Made by a program: the position numbers and the translations under genes
Part shown: one piece after another, positions 62,898 through 64,000 of the stretch
Numbering within the stretch: the first letter of the stretch is position 1
Layout: each line of letters begins with the position of its first letter
Notes under the pieces: generated by a model
Database searches by the model: none
What the model saw: only the letters and a program-made list of their open reading frames with translations
What the model was told of the DNA's origin: nothing
Origin: Paecilomyces variotii
Taxonomy: Eukaryota
Reading direction: 5' to 3' (one strand)
Length of the DNA stretch: 64,000 nt
Assembly (NCBI GenBank): GCA_004022145.1
Contig: RCNU01000002.1

Positions 62898-63139
62898 TCA
62901 AGCTCCCCTAGTATATCCATGCCACCACTTCGAAAAGGCTCCGCCTTTCGCTATCTGCTCATTGAAACTCTCTCTTCTCGCGGCAGAAGCAGCATCTGGA
63001 GAGTCTCTCTTCTGAGTTGTCAGGTTGGCGAAGAGGCCGGGAGTGCTGCTCTTGCGGCGGTTGCTGGAGTTAGAGGATGTAGAAGCGTCGGAGGTCTGAA
63101 ATAAATATGTGTGAGCGTGGGGATCTATGGGGAGTTTGG

Positions 63140-63177
<38 letters not shown>

Positions 63178-63399
63178 GAAATTGGGAAATAGGAGGAGGA
63201 GTGGACTTACTCGTCGTTGTTCGGTTCCTTCGATGGGAGCGTCTAGTTTCCAGGGTGCTGTTGTGGCAGGGCCTTTGATGCCGCCTCTGAGCCAGACATT
63301 GTGATGTTCATGGCGATCACCGGGGGCGCCGTTCCAATGGCGACGGGTGGGAGATGGTGCACTGGGTGTGATGTTCGATGTTGAGCTTGCGTCGGCCAT
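62898..63399 (-). CDS. Small conidiation-specific protein, con-8-like (exons 63399-63211, 63095-62898; 128 aa)
   Basis: A GTAAGT...CAG intron joins in frame to RRKSSTPGLFANLTTQKRDSPDAASAARRESFNEQ..KGGAFSKWWHGYTRG, which I recall as the con-8-like C-terminal block. Confidence 0.75.
63142..63176. repeat. T35 homopolymer (A35 on the sense strand of the con-8-like intron)
   Basis: Direct read. Confidence 0.95.
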
Positions 63400-64000
63400 G
63401 ATAGTTTATTTTGGATTGAGTCTGTCGTTCAGAGTAGTTCGTATCTGGAAAATGTCGCTGGGTGAGGGATGTTTTGCTGTTATTTTCTATACTGGTCAGC
63501 ATTTCAGTGTTCGCTAGAATGAGCCATCATGGTCTTTTTTTTTCTTTTTTCCTAGAAGGAGGAATGGCAGAAGCAGCTTCATAATAGCAAATCAGAGACA
63601 ATGGAGATGGAGAGTATAGATATTTAAAGACAAATCATATCGGCATGATGATGAAAAACATTGAATATACAGGAAAGCATATACTCTCCATTATACAATA
63701 CATTCTATCATCTGATGTCCCAACCACAGATAAGACAAGCGAGAGTAACAAGAGGACAGTGTTCCATGTTTTGCTATTCACAACGTCTCCTCTCAAGCAG
63801 AAGGGTTATCTGCTTACCTTTCCAGATGTAGGGCTCATATGGTTCGAATTCAACAACTCAAGCTACAATCACGAGGCAGCGGGACACAGTTATATAGGAC
63901 CAAGAGAGAGCCACGGCCATGCTTCCAGCTAGGTAGTCTACCATATGATCCCAATCTATGCTACGAAAGTACCCCGCAAAGGTCTAGACAAGAGAACCAG

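Noticed and set aside
1..64000. CRISPR arrays, rRNA, tRNA, prokaryotic defence systems or a secondary-metabolite backbone gene
   Set aside because: None seen. There is no regular repeat-spacer array, no cloverleaf or rRNA-like segment, and no PKS, NRPS or terpene synthase.

Overview
Eukaryotic DNA from a filamentous ascomycete, most likely Eurotiales (inferred from GT-AG introns with CTRAY branch points and Aspergillus-type gene content). About 25 mostly multi-exon genes can be reconstructed, mainly housekeeping: CYM1, taxilin, POL31, NAT9-like, RPL38, NXT1, MSM1, serine dehydratase, RAM2, ERG12, VHC1, AVT3-like, MPC1, SmB, RPL11 and a con-8-like gene. There are also an MFS efflux pump, a methyltransferase, a DUF3431-like protein, a nitronate monooxygenase, an atypical kinase, a Zn2Cys6 factor and several small or orphan proteins. 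Two accessory pockets interrupt the core genes. The first (~5.9-14.9 kb) holds an orphan gene, a kinase pseudogene, C-tracts and TpA-rich relics. The second (~47.8-50.2 kb) holds an HNH-nuclease pseudogene, an orphan fragment and a Ty3/gypsy integrase relic with RIP-type mutations. No rRNA, tRNA or CRISPR was found. I cannot support a wholly new multi-gene system. The best leads are the relic mosaic, a 12-nt motif shared by both ribosomal-protein promoters, small genes and microexons that the ORF track splits or misses, and the ERG12-TF-sensor-RAM2 linkage. Family names come from recognising motifs by eye, not from database searches.
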